Below are positions 42,156 through 63,157 of a stretch of DNA of 64,000 nt, piece after piece; position 1 is the stretch's first letter, and every line of letters begins with the position of its first letter. Below the pieces are notes generated by a model. That model ran no database searches. It had not been told where the DNA came from and saw nothing but the letters and a program-made list of their open reading frames with translations. This DNA comes from the human T2T-CHM13v2.0 reference genome, Homo sapiens, in assembly GCF_009914755.1 (NCBI RefSeq), contig NC_060933.1; one strand, written 5' to 3'. A program made the translations under genes and the position numbers.

Positions 42156-42360
42156 CTCTGTGGTGCTCTGCATCGTGGTGCTTCTTGTCATCTTTTATTG
42201 CCAAGTGAGACTGCCCACTCAGAGCACTAGACAGCGCAAGAAGGCCGGCACTGCCCCCGAGGGGCGGGATTCCAGGAGGCTGAAGTCCCGAAGGGTGAGG
42301 CGTAAGGGGAACTGGGGGTCCGTGGCCATGAGAAAGATGCTGAGCTTGCAACTGCTGCTG
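42156..42360 (-). CDS. TLE1: TLE1 exon 7 (205 nt): [68 protein letters not shown], end of Q domain plus GP domain
   Basis: Acceptor CAACAG|CAGCAGCAG, donor AG|GTGAGA, phase 0/1; contained in ORF 42130..42600. Confidence 0.96.
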
Positions 42361-42362
42361 CT

Positions 42363-42556
42363 GTTGGTGGTGGTGGTGAGAGAGAAAAAGGAGGAGGAGG
42401 AGGAGGTAGTGGTGACAGTGATGGCGATGGAGGCGGCATCCAGGGGAAAACAGACATGACAGGAGGGGAAGGCGGAAACAGAACAGGAGGTTCAACAAAC
42501 ACACAAAAGGAGCCAAGAAAGAGAGGGAGGAAAGGGGAAAAAATGCGATTAGTGCT
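42363..42556 (-). promoter_or_regulatory. AG-exclusion zone, distant branch point (CACTAAT) and long pyrimidine tract of exon 7
   Basis: No minus-strand AG between 42363 and 42554; CTAAT at 42548-42552 immediately followed by pyrimidines. Confidence 0.7.
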
Positions 42557-43931
42557 TTCAGTTCATCAAAAGCTTTCACCTGCTCAATTACCTCTCCCAC
42601 CTTCCCAAAATATAATCCTCACATCTACACTGTCACTTTCTGGTATCACTCACTCCGAGAGGGGAGCTGTTTATTATTAAGCAAGGCTGGCTACATCAGT
42701 AAGTAAACATGAGCTAGTTCTGTCTTTATGCGCCTCCAGGGATGAGATCCAGCATGTCACTCAATCTAAGATGCCACAGATTTTCAGACTCACGCTGTTT
42801 TCAGAGGGATTAAAATGGGGGTGGGGATGCATCCCACAATATAGTAGCCATACTCTCAACCTGTCACCAGGTAACTCCATTTCACCCTACACCCTTGCAT
42901 TGACTTACCACAGTAGTATGATGAGACAAAACCAAAATACTATCACTAAGGAATAGAATTTGGAAAGGAAGACCCAGTAATCTGGGTGGGTGTCTCATGC
43001 ACCACCCAGGCACTTATGCCCCCTTATTCCATCAATCCCTCTCAGTACTGTGAGGAAGTATTGCAATTCCCATTTCCCAGAAGGAATGAAGGCTCAAAGG
43101 CACTGACTAAATTGCTGAAACTCTATCCCTAGGCAAGAGGGGACTGCAGTCAGTACAGGAGCAACTCTTAAGGCTGCTGTTTACCATGCTGCCACAGACA
43201 GGGGAGAGGATCTCAGGGAGCCAGGCTTGTGGCCGCTGGAAGAAACATTAGAAACGAAACTTTGTTTATCCTTTCCTTCCTACCAAGCTCCACAACTCAA
43301 ACCCACTCTTTCATTGTGACTGATGAAAATACTGAGACCTAGAATGGGTAGGACCGTGGATGAGGAAAGCACTTATGTGTGGGACTCCAGCCAGCGAGCC
43401 AAGCCCCCGTTCCCAAATGCCTTTTCCATGACTGCACTTTGCCCCCATTGCTTAACCCATTCCAGAAGTTCTAAGTCTGTTCTCATTACACAGTATCATT
43501 GCTCTTATACATTATATTTAAAAGCACATTGTATGAAATGAAAAAGTATCCAAGAAATGGCCCCTGTACCATGAATCTGGCCACATTTCAGCTGTCCAAT
43601 ATAAAACTTATTTTTGATGAGACAGTAAAAATGATTAAGGCTCAATTTCTAAGGTGCAATGTTAGAAAATTCTCCAGATTCTGATTTGTGCTCACTTCCT
43701 TGGGACTCAATTACTCATTTTATTTATTATCCCTTTGCGTGCACTGAACATATTAAATCTTCATGCCAGATCTTCAGTCATTTCTACCCAGCCCACTGAT
43801 TTTTAATGGAATCCCAAACACAGTTCCCAGCCTCAAAAGTTAGAGAAAACACCATCTTAAGGCAGAAATCAGTGTCTGTGGAAATTTTACAATGAATTTT
43901 CAAGCACTCCAACTTTTCTAAAAATGTTTAG

Positions 43932-45547
<1,616 letters not shown>

Positions 45548-46691
45548 CTATCAACAGCAACATTCAACAGCCTAACTGGCCATGGGTAACTTCCACCTCT
45601 ACCCTAATCTGACCTTCTAGGTCCCCTGAACAAACAGCTCACTGTCTGTTATTAGAGGTAACTGGGTTCTTCCATCCATTGCTTGGCTACAATGAAAGTT
45701 TCTTTTTTTTTTTTTTTTTTTAAGCAAAATCCTATCAAATTGAAAGGAGTACTAAGTAACAATCAAATGGATCACAACTGCTGAAGATGTCGTGATTCTA
45801 GGAAATGTGGCCATTCCACCTCATATTCGACTTCTTGTTTCTGCAGGGCAGTGCTCCTAGATAATATCTAAGTGTCCATCGTCTGGCACAAGCTTGGAAC
45901 ACATCTGAGGCAGGGAGGGTAGGTATCATGATACCTACCCATTTCACAGATGATACTGGCTCAAAGCCAAGAGGCTTGCTACAGGGCTCAGAGCCAGAAT
46001 GAGGGCTACAAACCTTTTGTTTCCTAGGACAAGATTTCTCCTGTAACCCCAGCAGCTCAATCATGTTCTCCAGAATAAGAAAGGAAAAGGGCAAAGCCAT
46101 TCTCTACTGAGACTTCGCATTTCCCCCACTGCTCAGCTAACCAGATGCTCTTGAGAACACCTGATACTACATACACAGAGACAAATCCACCCTCACCAAC
46201 AGGCCTAATGGCAGTGACGGGGGAGTTTACGCTTAGACTGCATGAGTACCATCTCCTGTCCCCCCTTCTCAATGCCTGTCCTACATCTGCAAAAGGACAC
46301 TATCCCTTGCCCCCAGCTCTCTTCCAAAGAAGCACGTCAAGAAGAATCAAGCCTAACAGTGCTGGCTCTGGCTTTTCTCAGAAGTAGATGCTTAACATTA
46401 TAAACACAAAGTGTCATTTCTAAGATAACATATTTATTTAAATGAGTAGAGGGTCCAAATCTAGAAGAGTAAAACAGCTATCTCCAAAAGGACAGCGCTC
46501 CTCTGTCCCATCTGTCTTTGGAAGCCCATTTTTTCTCAACAAGGCTTACCTGAGACAATCTTGTACTTATCACCTTCAACAAAGGAAAAAGTATGGATGC
46601 TACTTGAATATATTTTAGGAAAAAGTGATACTGATACTACTATATAGCCAAAACCCAATAGCTCTGCCAATCAGGAGAATTTATGCACACT

Positions 46692-47945
<1,254 letters not shown>

Positions 47946-48019
47946 GAGAAAAAGCATTTTTGATAAGCAATGACAGTTTCTAGCAATATAGCTGGTTTCT
48001 CAGGCTATGATTCTAGACC

Positions 48020-48238
48020 ACTGGTTCTCAAGCAGAACCAATTTTGACACCCCTCCCCTCCCTGCTTCAGGGACATATGGCCATGTGTGGAGGTCACTGC
48101 GGGGGAGGGAAAAGAATGCTACTGGTGCATCTAATGGGTGAAGGCCAAGGATGCTGTGAACATCCTACAATGCACAGGACAGCCCTCACCACAGAGAATT
48201 ATCCTGCCCAAAATGTCAACAGTGCTAAGGTTCACTAA
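48020..48238. mobile_element. MER20, opposite orientation to the 18.7-kb copy
   Basis: 'ggccaaggatgctgtgaacatcctacaatgcacaggacagccc...ccaaaatgtcaacagtgctaaggtt'. Confidence 0.8.
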
Positions 48239-49559
48239 CTTGAATTTAGACCTAAGCTGAGATTCTGTGCCATTAAATAGAATTCATGTTCTTGTATGCT
48301 AAAAGACTTGCCAAATTCTTGTTTAAAAAATAAAAATACTATTCAACATTCAATCACATTCACTGTCCTTTCATCGCCATCTGAGTACCCTGTCACAACA
48401 CAAAAAAATGAACATCTGCTTTCTTAAGCTGATTCCACTAACAATTTCAAAAATTAAAAAAAAAAAAAAATCCTTGTATTTTACAAAGCAATTTGAGAAA
48501 GGACTACACTGGGAAATTTTACATACTGGTGTTCTGGGGCCCTAAAGGGAATGACAAACATTCAGATTTGGGGATAAAGAGATCAGTGCACTTGCTCTAA
48601 CCAAAATCATTTGAATAGGCTGAGAGTGAGACAAATAAAACAAATGCCAAACCCTGAGTTAATGATACTGAAAACCCACAAGGAATAAAGCGATCTCATC
48701 CATGTCAAACAACAGCCACGCATTGAGAATTTTAATTCACATTTTACTTAGTGCAGCTTGGGTCAATTATATTACTATAATGAAACTGACTTTGCTGTTT
48801 ACATTCAGAGTGTTACTGTAATGGTATAGTTTCTACACACAGTCACAGCACATGGCTTATCACCATGTTGTTGTAGCCTCTAACAACTGGGAAGGACACC
48901 CAGTATGAAAACACAGGCCAATGCCCACCTTCTCCTGACCGGAAACTAAGCTCCTTACCACCAACCATGGAATCAACTTTAATTTCTGAAACTTCACCCG
49001 CTTTGTAACCCCAAGAAAAACTATGTCATAAAAATCACAGACTTAACCCAACCCAAACTAAAACCATGCCCCTAAGTGGCACCTCTGATGCTAAGAGTGA
49101 CAGTAAGTGGCATTTATAGCACCCGGTATTTAAACACTTTCTTTTAAGGGGACAAAAACGTGAAAAAGAGCATTTGTTGACAGTTCTCTCCAAATCACTC
49201 TTCCTTGATTTCTGCTATTTCCCTGTTCTTTAAAACACTCAATTCCTATCTTGGGAGACAGCAAAATAAATAAATAAATAAATAAAAATAAAGAAGAAGA
49301 AAACTGGTATGCTACGTAAACACGTGGAAAAGAGCTGTCTGGCAGCAGAAAACATCAAGGACACTACTGCAGGAGTTATCGCAAAACCTCCCATTATGTG
49401 AATGGCCTCTCACGTAAAGAGGGGCAAGGGTGATCAACAGGGAGAAATTGCTTATGGGGCCAAGAATTCTCCAGCCACTTGAAGACAATAACAAAAACTA
49501 AAATAACAATCCACTAAAGGCCCCATCTCAATGCAGGAGCACACAGAAAATGATGCATG

Positions 49560-54205
<4,646 letters not shown>

Positions 54206-56059
54206 AAAAGGAAAGAAATATGTGGGGAAATTAAAAAGTAAATGCTTCAACACTTTTCTAATAACTACAAAGCATGATGACAATAATCCGGACACTGAGG
54301 AAAAGTTCTGCATTTGTCAGGCGCCTAGTTGTGCTCTCAGTAAAAACAAACAAACAAATTTAACCAAAGGAGAAATGGGCTGCGAAGACTTCTTTGCAAT
54401 ATTGCTCTTTCCCTTCGGAAATTTAATAAAAGGGCTAGACTGTTGGAATTTAAGTAGAGAGTACGTCACTAAATACAAGTTAGTAGAGCTAGAAGATCCA
54501 TGTTTGTTGTAGCTATTTAGTCTTCTCTCGGTAGCAGGATATGCATTATTCTCCTAGGGAGAATTTGTTTTATAAAGAAACTTACAGCTGGGTTACTGAT
54601 GGCTTTCCAGGGATTAACCACATACTCATAAGAATAAGAGGCCAACCTCATCCTCTTAAACTTCACACACTACAATCCCATAGATAGCTGACAGCTATAG
54701 CCAAAGGAGAAAAATAATCCAACATTTTACTAATCCTTAAACCAATCATCTCATGCAAGAGTGGAGAGCCCTTTAGGTCTACAACTCAATCTCTTAGGGA
54801 TAGACAGGCTCCTTCTACAAATGTTTTAGGAGTTTGAATTCACAGCCATCCCCTACACAAAAACATCTAGTCAGACATCACAAAATACCCTAGACTTATT
54901 TTTAATTTTATACTAAGTTGTTTTAAAATATACAAAATCAGATATTTGCCTATGGAGAAGGAATATAGAAATCTGACCAATAAACAGATTCCCATATAAG
55001 CCCCATATGCCTTGACCAAGGTTATGTTCATGAAAAATAAGTCAGACTACATCCAAATAAGTGAGAAAGAAAAATGAGGTTGCCTAAACCCGAATTTCAT
55101 GGTTTTTTTTTTCTCTTGTGCATAGGTTATATGTAAACAAACTCAAATTTCTTGATCTCCTGAAGTTCACAGGCATTACTATGGGTAACTGCTCAAATTT
55201 TCTTGCACCCAACTGTCAGCTCTGAGGCCACAAATAGAAACCTGGCATTTTGTGGACGGGAGGACAGTCCCCACTGGTCATCTGACGATGTCTTCTAACT
55301 CTCTCTTCCCTCCCAATTTTAACAGAATGATTCCTATAACCTCTTGTGCCAACAATGACACTATCTGCCTTATTCTTTGTGTTAGGTAAGGAAGCCAATG
55401 ATGTCTTCACGTTTTTGCTCTCAATTCTGTCTCCATCTGTTCCCCAAACTTAAGTTTGCACATCAAAAGCTAAATGGCCATCCTTTTTCACTACTGTTTC
55501 CTTATTAAAAGTCATTCATGCACAACAACTTAATGGCAGGAGCAAAGCCTCTGGCTGGGTCTAATCTCAAACACCCACATCCCTGTAACCACTAAAGACA
55601 AAGGAGGAGGTGCACTGCTGCTTGGCACAACCACCACCGACCAGGACTTGACCAACTGGACCCACAGATCTGCTACAAGCACTTAGGGAAACCAGGCAGA
55701 CAAAACTGCAGTTCAAGGAGTCAGGACCACATGTTCAGGGAAGGGTGGGAAGGTAGACGGTATTACCATCTACAGATAGGGGACACTGATAGAGGTTAAC
55801 TGACTATATGAGGTCATAAAGCTAATAGATGGCAGCTAAGTATCCTCCCCAAGTCCATCTGATCCCAAGGCCCATGCTTTGTCCAAGGCAACACAATGTA
55901 AATATTCCTATGTGGATTACCAAAAACACCATGAAATGGACCAACAGGTGGTTAGAAATAAAATATACAACTGTGCCATTGTTTACTATTAATATTTTTA
56001 AAAATGCAATTAGCTGATTCTCTTTTAACTTTTCAGTTAAAAAAACAACCATCTTTATG

Positions 56060-56355
56060 GGCAGGCACGGTGGCTTACACCTGTAATCCCAACACTTTGG
56101 GAGGCTGAGGCGGGTGGATCACCTAAGTTTGGGAGTTCAAGACCAGCCTGGCCAACATGGTGAAACCCTGTCTCTACTAAAAATACAAAAATTAGCTGGG
56201 TATGGCGGTGCATGCCTGTAATCCCAGCTACTCGGGCGGCTGAGGCAGGAGAATCACTGGAACCCTGGGAGGCAGAGGTTGCAGTGAGCCGAGATCACAC
56301 CACTGCACTCCAGCCTGGGTTACAGAGTAACACTGTCTCCAAAAAAAAAAAAAAA
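56060..56355 (+). mobile_element. AluS
   Basis: Full-length Alu consensus. Confidence 0.9.
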
Positions 56356-59300
56356 CCCAAGCATCTTTAGCTCTTCTTTCACATGCCAAAAGAAAGAAAG
56401 AAAAAAAAAAGCAAATATCTTTCTTTAGGAGAAGGGGAAAAACTGTAAGAATAATGGAATTCACTGGGGTCCTGGAAACCACCCCCTTATTGTGGAATGT
56501 GGGTTACCAGGTATACACAGGTATCAAAAATCAAGCTGTGCATTTCACTATATTACAATTATACATCAACTGAAAAAAACAAATATATGTGTGTACAGAT
56601 ATGTATCTCTCTATATTATCCCTCGATTATCTGTGATGTAAAGAGAACAATAATTATTTAAAATCCCAATCCCAACTGAAATCAATTATTCAATATCTAT
56701 CAGAGCAGGTAGAAGAGAGCTTTTAGTTCCAAACTCCCCAAATAATAAAGTGGAGAAGTGGTCTTGAAGAGTCTTTCAATCAATTATCCCTGCATTCAGG
56801 CAGCCATTAGCCATTCCACAAATAAGATGTTACAACATTTAATAACCAATTTTGTTTTGATCATTCTTAATAGAAATTTTAAAAAACAAACAAAAATGTT
56901 GCTTATGGTGTAAAAAACGATCCTGATCTAAAAACTCAAGGTCTCAAATGAGTAAGTTCCCCTCCCACAATGCGACTTGTTTTCTAAGGCCTAAGTGAGC
57001 TGTGTGTCAAACCAAATAAACCTTGTACATATTTTGTACACCTTTGCACTATAAATTATCCTTTTCATTGTGACAAGACTACAATACATTTAATAGGAAA
57101 AGAATTGGTAAGAAGCAACAGTCAAAAAGTAGGGCTGTAGTTATTATTCTGCCAGTCATCAAATTTGCTGTCAAAGCTGTTTAAAAAAAGGTCTACAAAA
57201 ATATTTCAATAGTCTCTCCAGTATCAAATACCTAAGAAGCTTATTTTTCTTAAATACCGGTACTCTATGTAAGTTGAAGGCAGGTGCTATGGTGAGAAAG
57301 AATTAAAATTCAGTATTTTTTGTCAGACAGGAGAACTACAATTTCTATGCTGGTGAGAAATGGGGACTGTTAATTCACTCAACAAGCACAGAAAAAATAC
57401 AACCTCTCTCTGTCTCCGCAAAGAGCACCCACAGGCCCAAGACACACCTTGAACTAACCTAGAAGCTGGATGTCCTTGAGATGATTTACTTTTTCCAGGT
57501 TTGATAAAGAGAAATATCTTTAGCCCTGTCAAGCAAGCAGTAAAGCTCCTTGATTGTACCTTAAAGGGAATGAGAATGTTTCGGCTCATTTGCATTTTAA
57601 AGGGTACTCTTTCATGATCTTTCACACTTGTAATAGATGTCTAAACCGTTAAATTACTATTTCTTTTCTTAGCCTGAAAGTGGATGCAGACTAAGAGCGT
57701 GGCCTCTCCCATTGTTCTTTACCCTAAGTCGGCCCCTGAACAATACTGACAGCTGCTATCAAACCAGGCTGCATTTACTCTGCGCGCAGCTGCTGCTTGT
57801 AGGAACAGACAGTTTCCCGGTACCTCCTCCCCTCTGGGGAGACAGGTTGACACACTGCATGTTCAATGAAGGGGTGCAAAGGTCCACTGAATTGTCAACC
57901 CAATTTTATGCTACTTCAATTTTCCAGAACGCACACAATTCCTTTCAGGCAAAAATCAAGCATATGCCACAGCATGAAACTTAAGGTGTGGGATAATTAT
58001 TGATCACCACAAACTTGAAAAGAGCCTTCGGACATAAAGTCATATACTAATCCAAAAATTACAATGATAAAAACCGCACATGCCAGTATGCCCAAGACAC
58101 ACAATGGGCCTAAGTCTCGCTTGCATTGCGCCTGATTCACCACTTTGGTTTACTGTTGCCAAGGCATCCAGAGCTAACCTGCCTTTATAATAACCTCCAC
58201 AACATTTTTCCTGGACTAAAGCCATTCGTAAAATTAGAAATTCATTTGCCCTTCTAAAAAGATCTGCTATTTTTATTCTCTGATTCAGCTCAAAATGGGT
58301 ATTACCTATGAACATCTGGTTAATGCGATTTCCTCCTTCCTAAAGTGTAGGTGCAAAGGAGATTCACAAGAGCTGGGCGGTGCCTTTGAGAATTTAAACG
58401 TCAGAGTTTTGCCATCATGAAATTATATGTCGTAATGTAGAGTCTATCAGAAAACAAACATGTTCCACAAAGTTTAACCGGGTACTTGAGAACTGCTTTG
58501 CATATGTTTTCTTTTAATCAAAACAGGCTTTTCCATCCTCATTCATTTGGGTGAAAAAATTCTGTGCTTGAGCTACAAGTACAATTCACTATTAGTCTTT
58601 GCTAATCAAACACAGTACATGCAAAAGTACCAGTGAATATTTGATTTGATCTCTGAAATAAAGCAATTCATTACACAAGAAAAGGGTACAGAAGGCAGCA
58701 GACAAATGCAGATGTAATTGTGTTTTTTGTTGAATGTGATTAGAGAGCCCACTAAGTAACAGTCAAAAATGTGATACTGAAGGAGGGGGAAGGCAGTGCC
58801 TGGATCTGGGGGGAAGAGGAGGGAGAATTGTTTATGCAGAGCTAAGCTGTCAAGTGTAATAAAGCAGCTTGAATAAAATTTAAGCTGAAAATCCACTGAA
58901 GCTCCCCATTTCAGGGAGGAAAAAGCTATTAAAAGGAAATGAAGGTCACCCTCCTAGTTTATTTCACCTAATTGACTGCCAATAGCTTACCACAGACAAC
59001 TCAACTGCAGATCTGCAATTGAGAAACTGATGAAAGGAGAGTTTTCAAGCTGAGGCTCATTCTTTAATCCTCCTTGGCTCTTATGTTTTTTCTCCATCTC
59101 CAGTTGGGATGTAATTTTAAGCCCTGATGGATTAACTGGTTCCATTGTCTGTGGCCGTCATTGGACTATGGCACTCTTAATCCGTACAGCAGCATGTCTA
59201 ATTATCATTACAAAGTGTCTGAGGGAACTATAAAGACCAGCAGGGCATCATCTCACAAGCAATTAACATAAATTGATAAATGAGTGATTTGAATCTGCTC

Positions 59301-59907
59301 AAGGCACTCACATATGAATAAAATCAGAAAGGACGGTCCCTTGTTTCAGCTCCTTCTTTGGCTTAGTCTGGAAGGGGACGAACACATGAGAACCATCCCA
59401 GGTCCTGCAGTGGGGGGCGGAGGATGAACTCATGCAGGGGATGGAATGCACGGTTCACCAGATTCATTAATGCAGAGCAAATGACTTGTGATTGACAACC
59501 AGTGGCTAGCACGGAGCACTAACTGAACTCAAGAGAGGAGAGCAGAACCCCGGTGAAAAGCCAGGGAGCACTAGGGCAGACAATTAACAATTCTTCCATG
59601 GCAAGAGAGCGCTCTTTTCATTGGTGTGTGACTTAAAAATTCATGAAAGAGGCACAAGAAAGAACAAGAGCCAACAGTTCTATAGGTTCGAATACCCCAG
59701 AAAGCAAAAGGCAAAAAGCAAGGATAACTAAATGAAATGATAATTCAGAGACCCATTTTGACCTCACTGTGATCTAACATTGTAAGACAGAAGTGAGGAA
59801 AGTATTTAAAATTCTAACCTAAAGCTTTTACTAGACTAATGAAGCAAGGGTGGTTTAGGTGTCACAGGATGAACTACATTTATTTTCCCACTTAAAAGTA
59901 GATTTAG

Positions 59908-60024
59908 GGACGGGCAAGGGGGTGCCTGCCTTTGGACCCAGCTACTCAGGAGGCTAAGGCAGGAGGATCACTTGAGTTCCAGGCCAGAGTAGGCAAAATA
60001 CCAAGACCCCGGTCTGTTTAAAAA
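59908..60024 (+). mobile_element. FLAM/FAM-like monomer
   Basis: Degenerate Alu monomer. Confidence 0.65.
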
Positions 60025-60176
60025 GAATTTTTTTAATTAATAGATTTTTTTGTCCCCTCCTAAAATGCTTCTCCTGTCATCTTCCTTATGCTAAGCCCTC
60101 TTCCTCCATATACCTTAGCACATCCCAAGTCTCTTCCTCTCCTCCTCCCACCCTTATCAAATAGGTCAACGTTAAG

Positions 60177-60178
<2 letters not shown>

Positions 60179-60212
<34 letters not shown>
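60179..60212. repeat. (AC)17 microsatellite, i.e. (UG)17 in the pre-mRNA
   Basis: Read directly from sequence. Confidence 0.95.
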
Positions 60213-60214
<2 letters not shown>

Positions 60215-60257
60215 AAAGCCATCAAATTAATAAGAAATGAAAGCTGGTTATACACAC

Positions 60258-60287
60258 TGTAGGAGGTAGACCTGGTAGGCCACGTAC
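60258..60287 (-). CDS. TLE1: Alternative 30-nt 3' extension of exon 6 ([10 protein letters not shown])
   Basis: In-frame read-through GTA CGT GGC CTA CCA GGT CTA CCT CCT ACA followed by a second donor ACA|GTGTGT; resembles the VRGLPNLPLT insert I recall in TLE3 isoforms. Confidence 0.75.
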
Positions 60288-60362
60288 CCCGATGATGGCA
60301 TTCAACTCTGCCATGGTCACCTGTTTGGCACGTTCAACAGCCTGGGCCACCTGTTGTTGATG
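60288..60362 (-). CDS. TLE1: TLE1 exon 6 (75 nt): [26 protein letters not shown] domain
   Basis: Acceptor AAG (60363-60364), donor GGG|GTACGT, phase 0/0. Confidence 0.96.
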
Positions 60363-60739
60363 CTTTGAAAACAAGGAGAAGAAAGGGCATTAGCAACAGC
60401 CAAAAACTTCACTGTATATTCTAACAACAAAAAGTCAAATGCTGTGTGCAATGCAGGCTGAAGTAGAAGGGTTTAAATGCAGAATTTCTCAACCACACTT
60501 TATTTTCACAGAACATAGATAGGGAAAGAAAAACTGAGAATGGCGCTGCCCTTTATTTCTAAACAACACCAGTCACTACTTCTGGCTGTAAATTTCGGCT
60601 TGGAATGGTAGAAAACAAAAAAGGACATAAAGAATGATAACATAGGACCTTAAAAAATAAATAGAACAGAATTTGGAAGATCACCCTTGTTCACAAAAGG
60701 GGTTCATAAGTTTACAGCAATTTTAAAATATGCATTTTA

Positions 60740-60872
60740 CAGCCAGATGCAATGGCTCATGCCTGTAATCCCAGCACTTTGGGAGGCCAAGACAGGGTGA
60801 GCCCAGGAGTTCAAGACCAGCATGGGCAACATGGCAGAACCCTGTCTCTATTTTTAAAATAAATAAATAAAA
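60740..60872 (+). mobile_element. FLAM/Alu monomer
   Basis: Left-monomer sequence with A-rich tail. Confidence 0.75.
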
Positions 60873-62047
60873 TACCCATTTTAATACCTAAAACTTTAAC
60901 ATTAAATCCGTTGATTGGTTGATCACTTGTCTGATCAACCAATCTTGACCCACCAGTCATTTTCGGAAACTCCTGGAATTCCTCTCATTCTTTTATAGCC
61001 TTTTGATTCTTTACCCTCCACAAGGCAAAGGAAGGACTCCAGCCTCAATTCAGAGATGGAAACTCACCCCACACCTCCCAACTCCCAACTCCACCCACAA
61101 ATAAAAACAAAGCCATAAATTTACTTTGGGAGGCATGAGAATGTAACATAGAGCCGTGGATCACTAAAGTCTAACAACTACTGATATACTCAAAAGGCAG
61201 ACAAATCTATTGTCATATCAGACAGACAAAGGTTATGGTGGAAGAGGCTGTTACAACAATAATGAGATGGTGACCATCCGGCATGGAGCAACAGGTGCCA
61301 ACCAGGATACCCAGTATTCCAACTCCTAGTCCAATAAACTTTCCACCCTGCGTGAAGATGCATTCATCCCGTGCACACTTAGAACACGTTACAGCATTTA
61401 CTAGCTTATATCCAGAAGGAAGGTAAACTTTTCAAGGCAAAGCTAAAATACAATAGTCTTGAGTCAGTTTCATAGATTACTCATATAAAGAGATTCCTCC
61501 CTCAAAGAATGTTAAGATTAAACCTCTATGACTTTGTAACTAAACAAAATAGCTTATACATACATATGACTCATTAAGTTAATGTATTTTGGACTATTAT
61601 CATCCACCCCTTCAAGGACAGCATTAAGACAACTGCCTTGATACATAAGTACAAAAGAACTATCTGCCTCCATAGTAAAGTCTACCTTGATGGAACCATT
61701 TTTAAAAGTCAGTATGAGAACAGCTTTCTATTTAAAAGATATAAAAGACACCTGAATTTTCAGTAGCTCTCAAGCTTATGCTACTTAAAGCAAAAGCTGT
61801 ACATTGGATAGTCATTTTGCAGTTTTCCACAGGAAAAAAAATTAATTTGGGGGTTGAGCTATTGTCACCATTTCTACAGTGTGCCCTCAGATGTGTTGGA
61901 TAGACTAGCAGGGGGTTTACACACTTCAGCTGTAACAGATGTTCTTCACACTTGTTCCTTGTGATAAAATTAACATCTTAAAACTAGCTAATTTGCAAAC
62001 AGAGAAGCAACATAATTGCACTTTAACAGCTGAACAGTTTTACTTAC

Positions 62048-62110
62048 TTCCTGAGACAGAAATGGGATGACTTGTGCACAAATCGTATTCAATCTCTTGG
62101 CGATTTCAGT
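62048..62110 (-). CDS. TLE1: TLE1 exon 5 (63 nt): TEIAKRLNTICAQVIPFLSQE, Q domain
   Basis: Acceptor TAG (plus-strand ct 62111-62112), donor GTAAGT (62042-62047), phase 0/0. Confidence 0.96.
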
Positions 62111-62382
62111 CTATAAAGACAAAGCCACACAAATGTTTAGAATACTTCACAATCAGTTCAGAAAGGTAAAACTTCATACCCCTAACACTTCAGTCCTCCT
62201 CTCCCTTGCTCTGGAAATGTGTATAAAATGGTTTCCCCAGGTTATGTTACTAATACTTATCTTGAAATAAACAGTAGATATTAATCCCACTTGCAAAGTA
62301 AGCCACAACTGCACACTTCATTGTAATAAGAGATGAGTAGTTTGATTGAGTTGGAAAATCTAGGCGGTTTAAGGCTATATGA

Positions 62383-62714
<332 letters not shown>

Positions 62715-63157
62715 AAGTGTACTTTTTCAATGATGGCACACCATGACACATTTATGTCATTATTGCAAGTTCATTCAAGCGGGTGTCAGAAGCCACTGCA
62801 GCTGCAGCACTGTCAAAGCAGTCCACCTTTCAAAGATGAGGCCTAAGGTGATAGAGTAGAAGAAAGGCCTGCTGACCTCTTTGCCACTTGTCCCAGCTCT
62901 TGTACAACTGAAAAAGGATTTTATTGTTCATAGCTTCCCTAAGTCTCAAACTTTCAAACAAACCAAGAAAACATGACTAAAAACATTCCAGTCTAGAGGG
63001 TGATGGTCAAGTCATGATATCCTGAGTATTCGGAAAGTTTCGCCACAGTTCAGTAACAAACTCAAAGACCTCACCGACAGGGCCCAGGGGTCAGCTGAAC
63101 ATAATAAAAGGTGTCCTTAGTGTCTATAGCACGGGCTGTTTTAAAGAAGGCAGGAAA

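Noticed and set aside
42361-42600. In-frame upstream extension of exon 7 (LLLLLL/HHHH-rich)
   Set aside because: Stop-free because it is a pyrimidine tract lacking AG; there is no acceptor within it, so it is better explained as the AG-exclusion zone.
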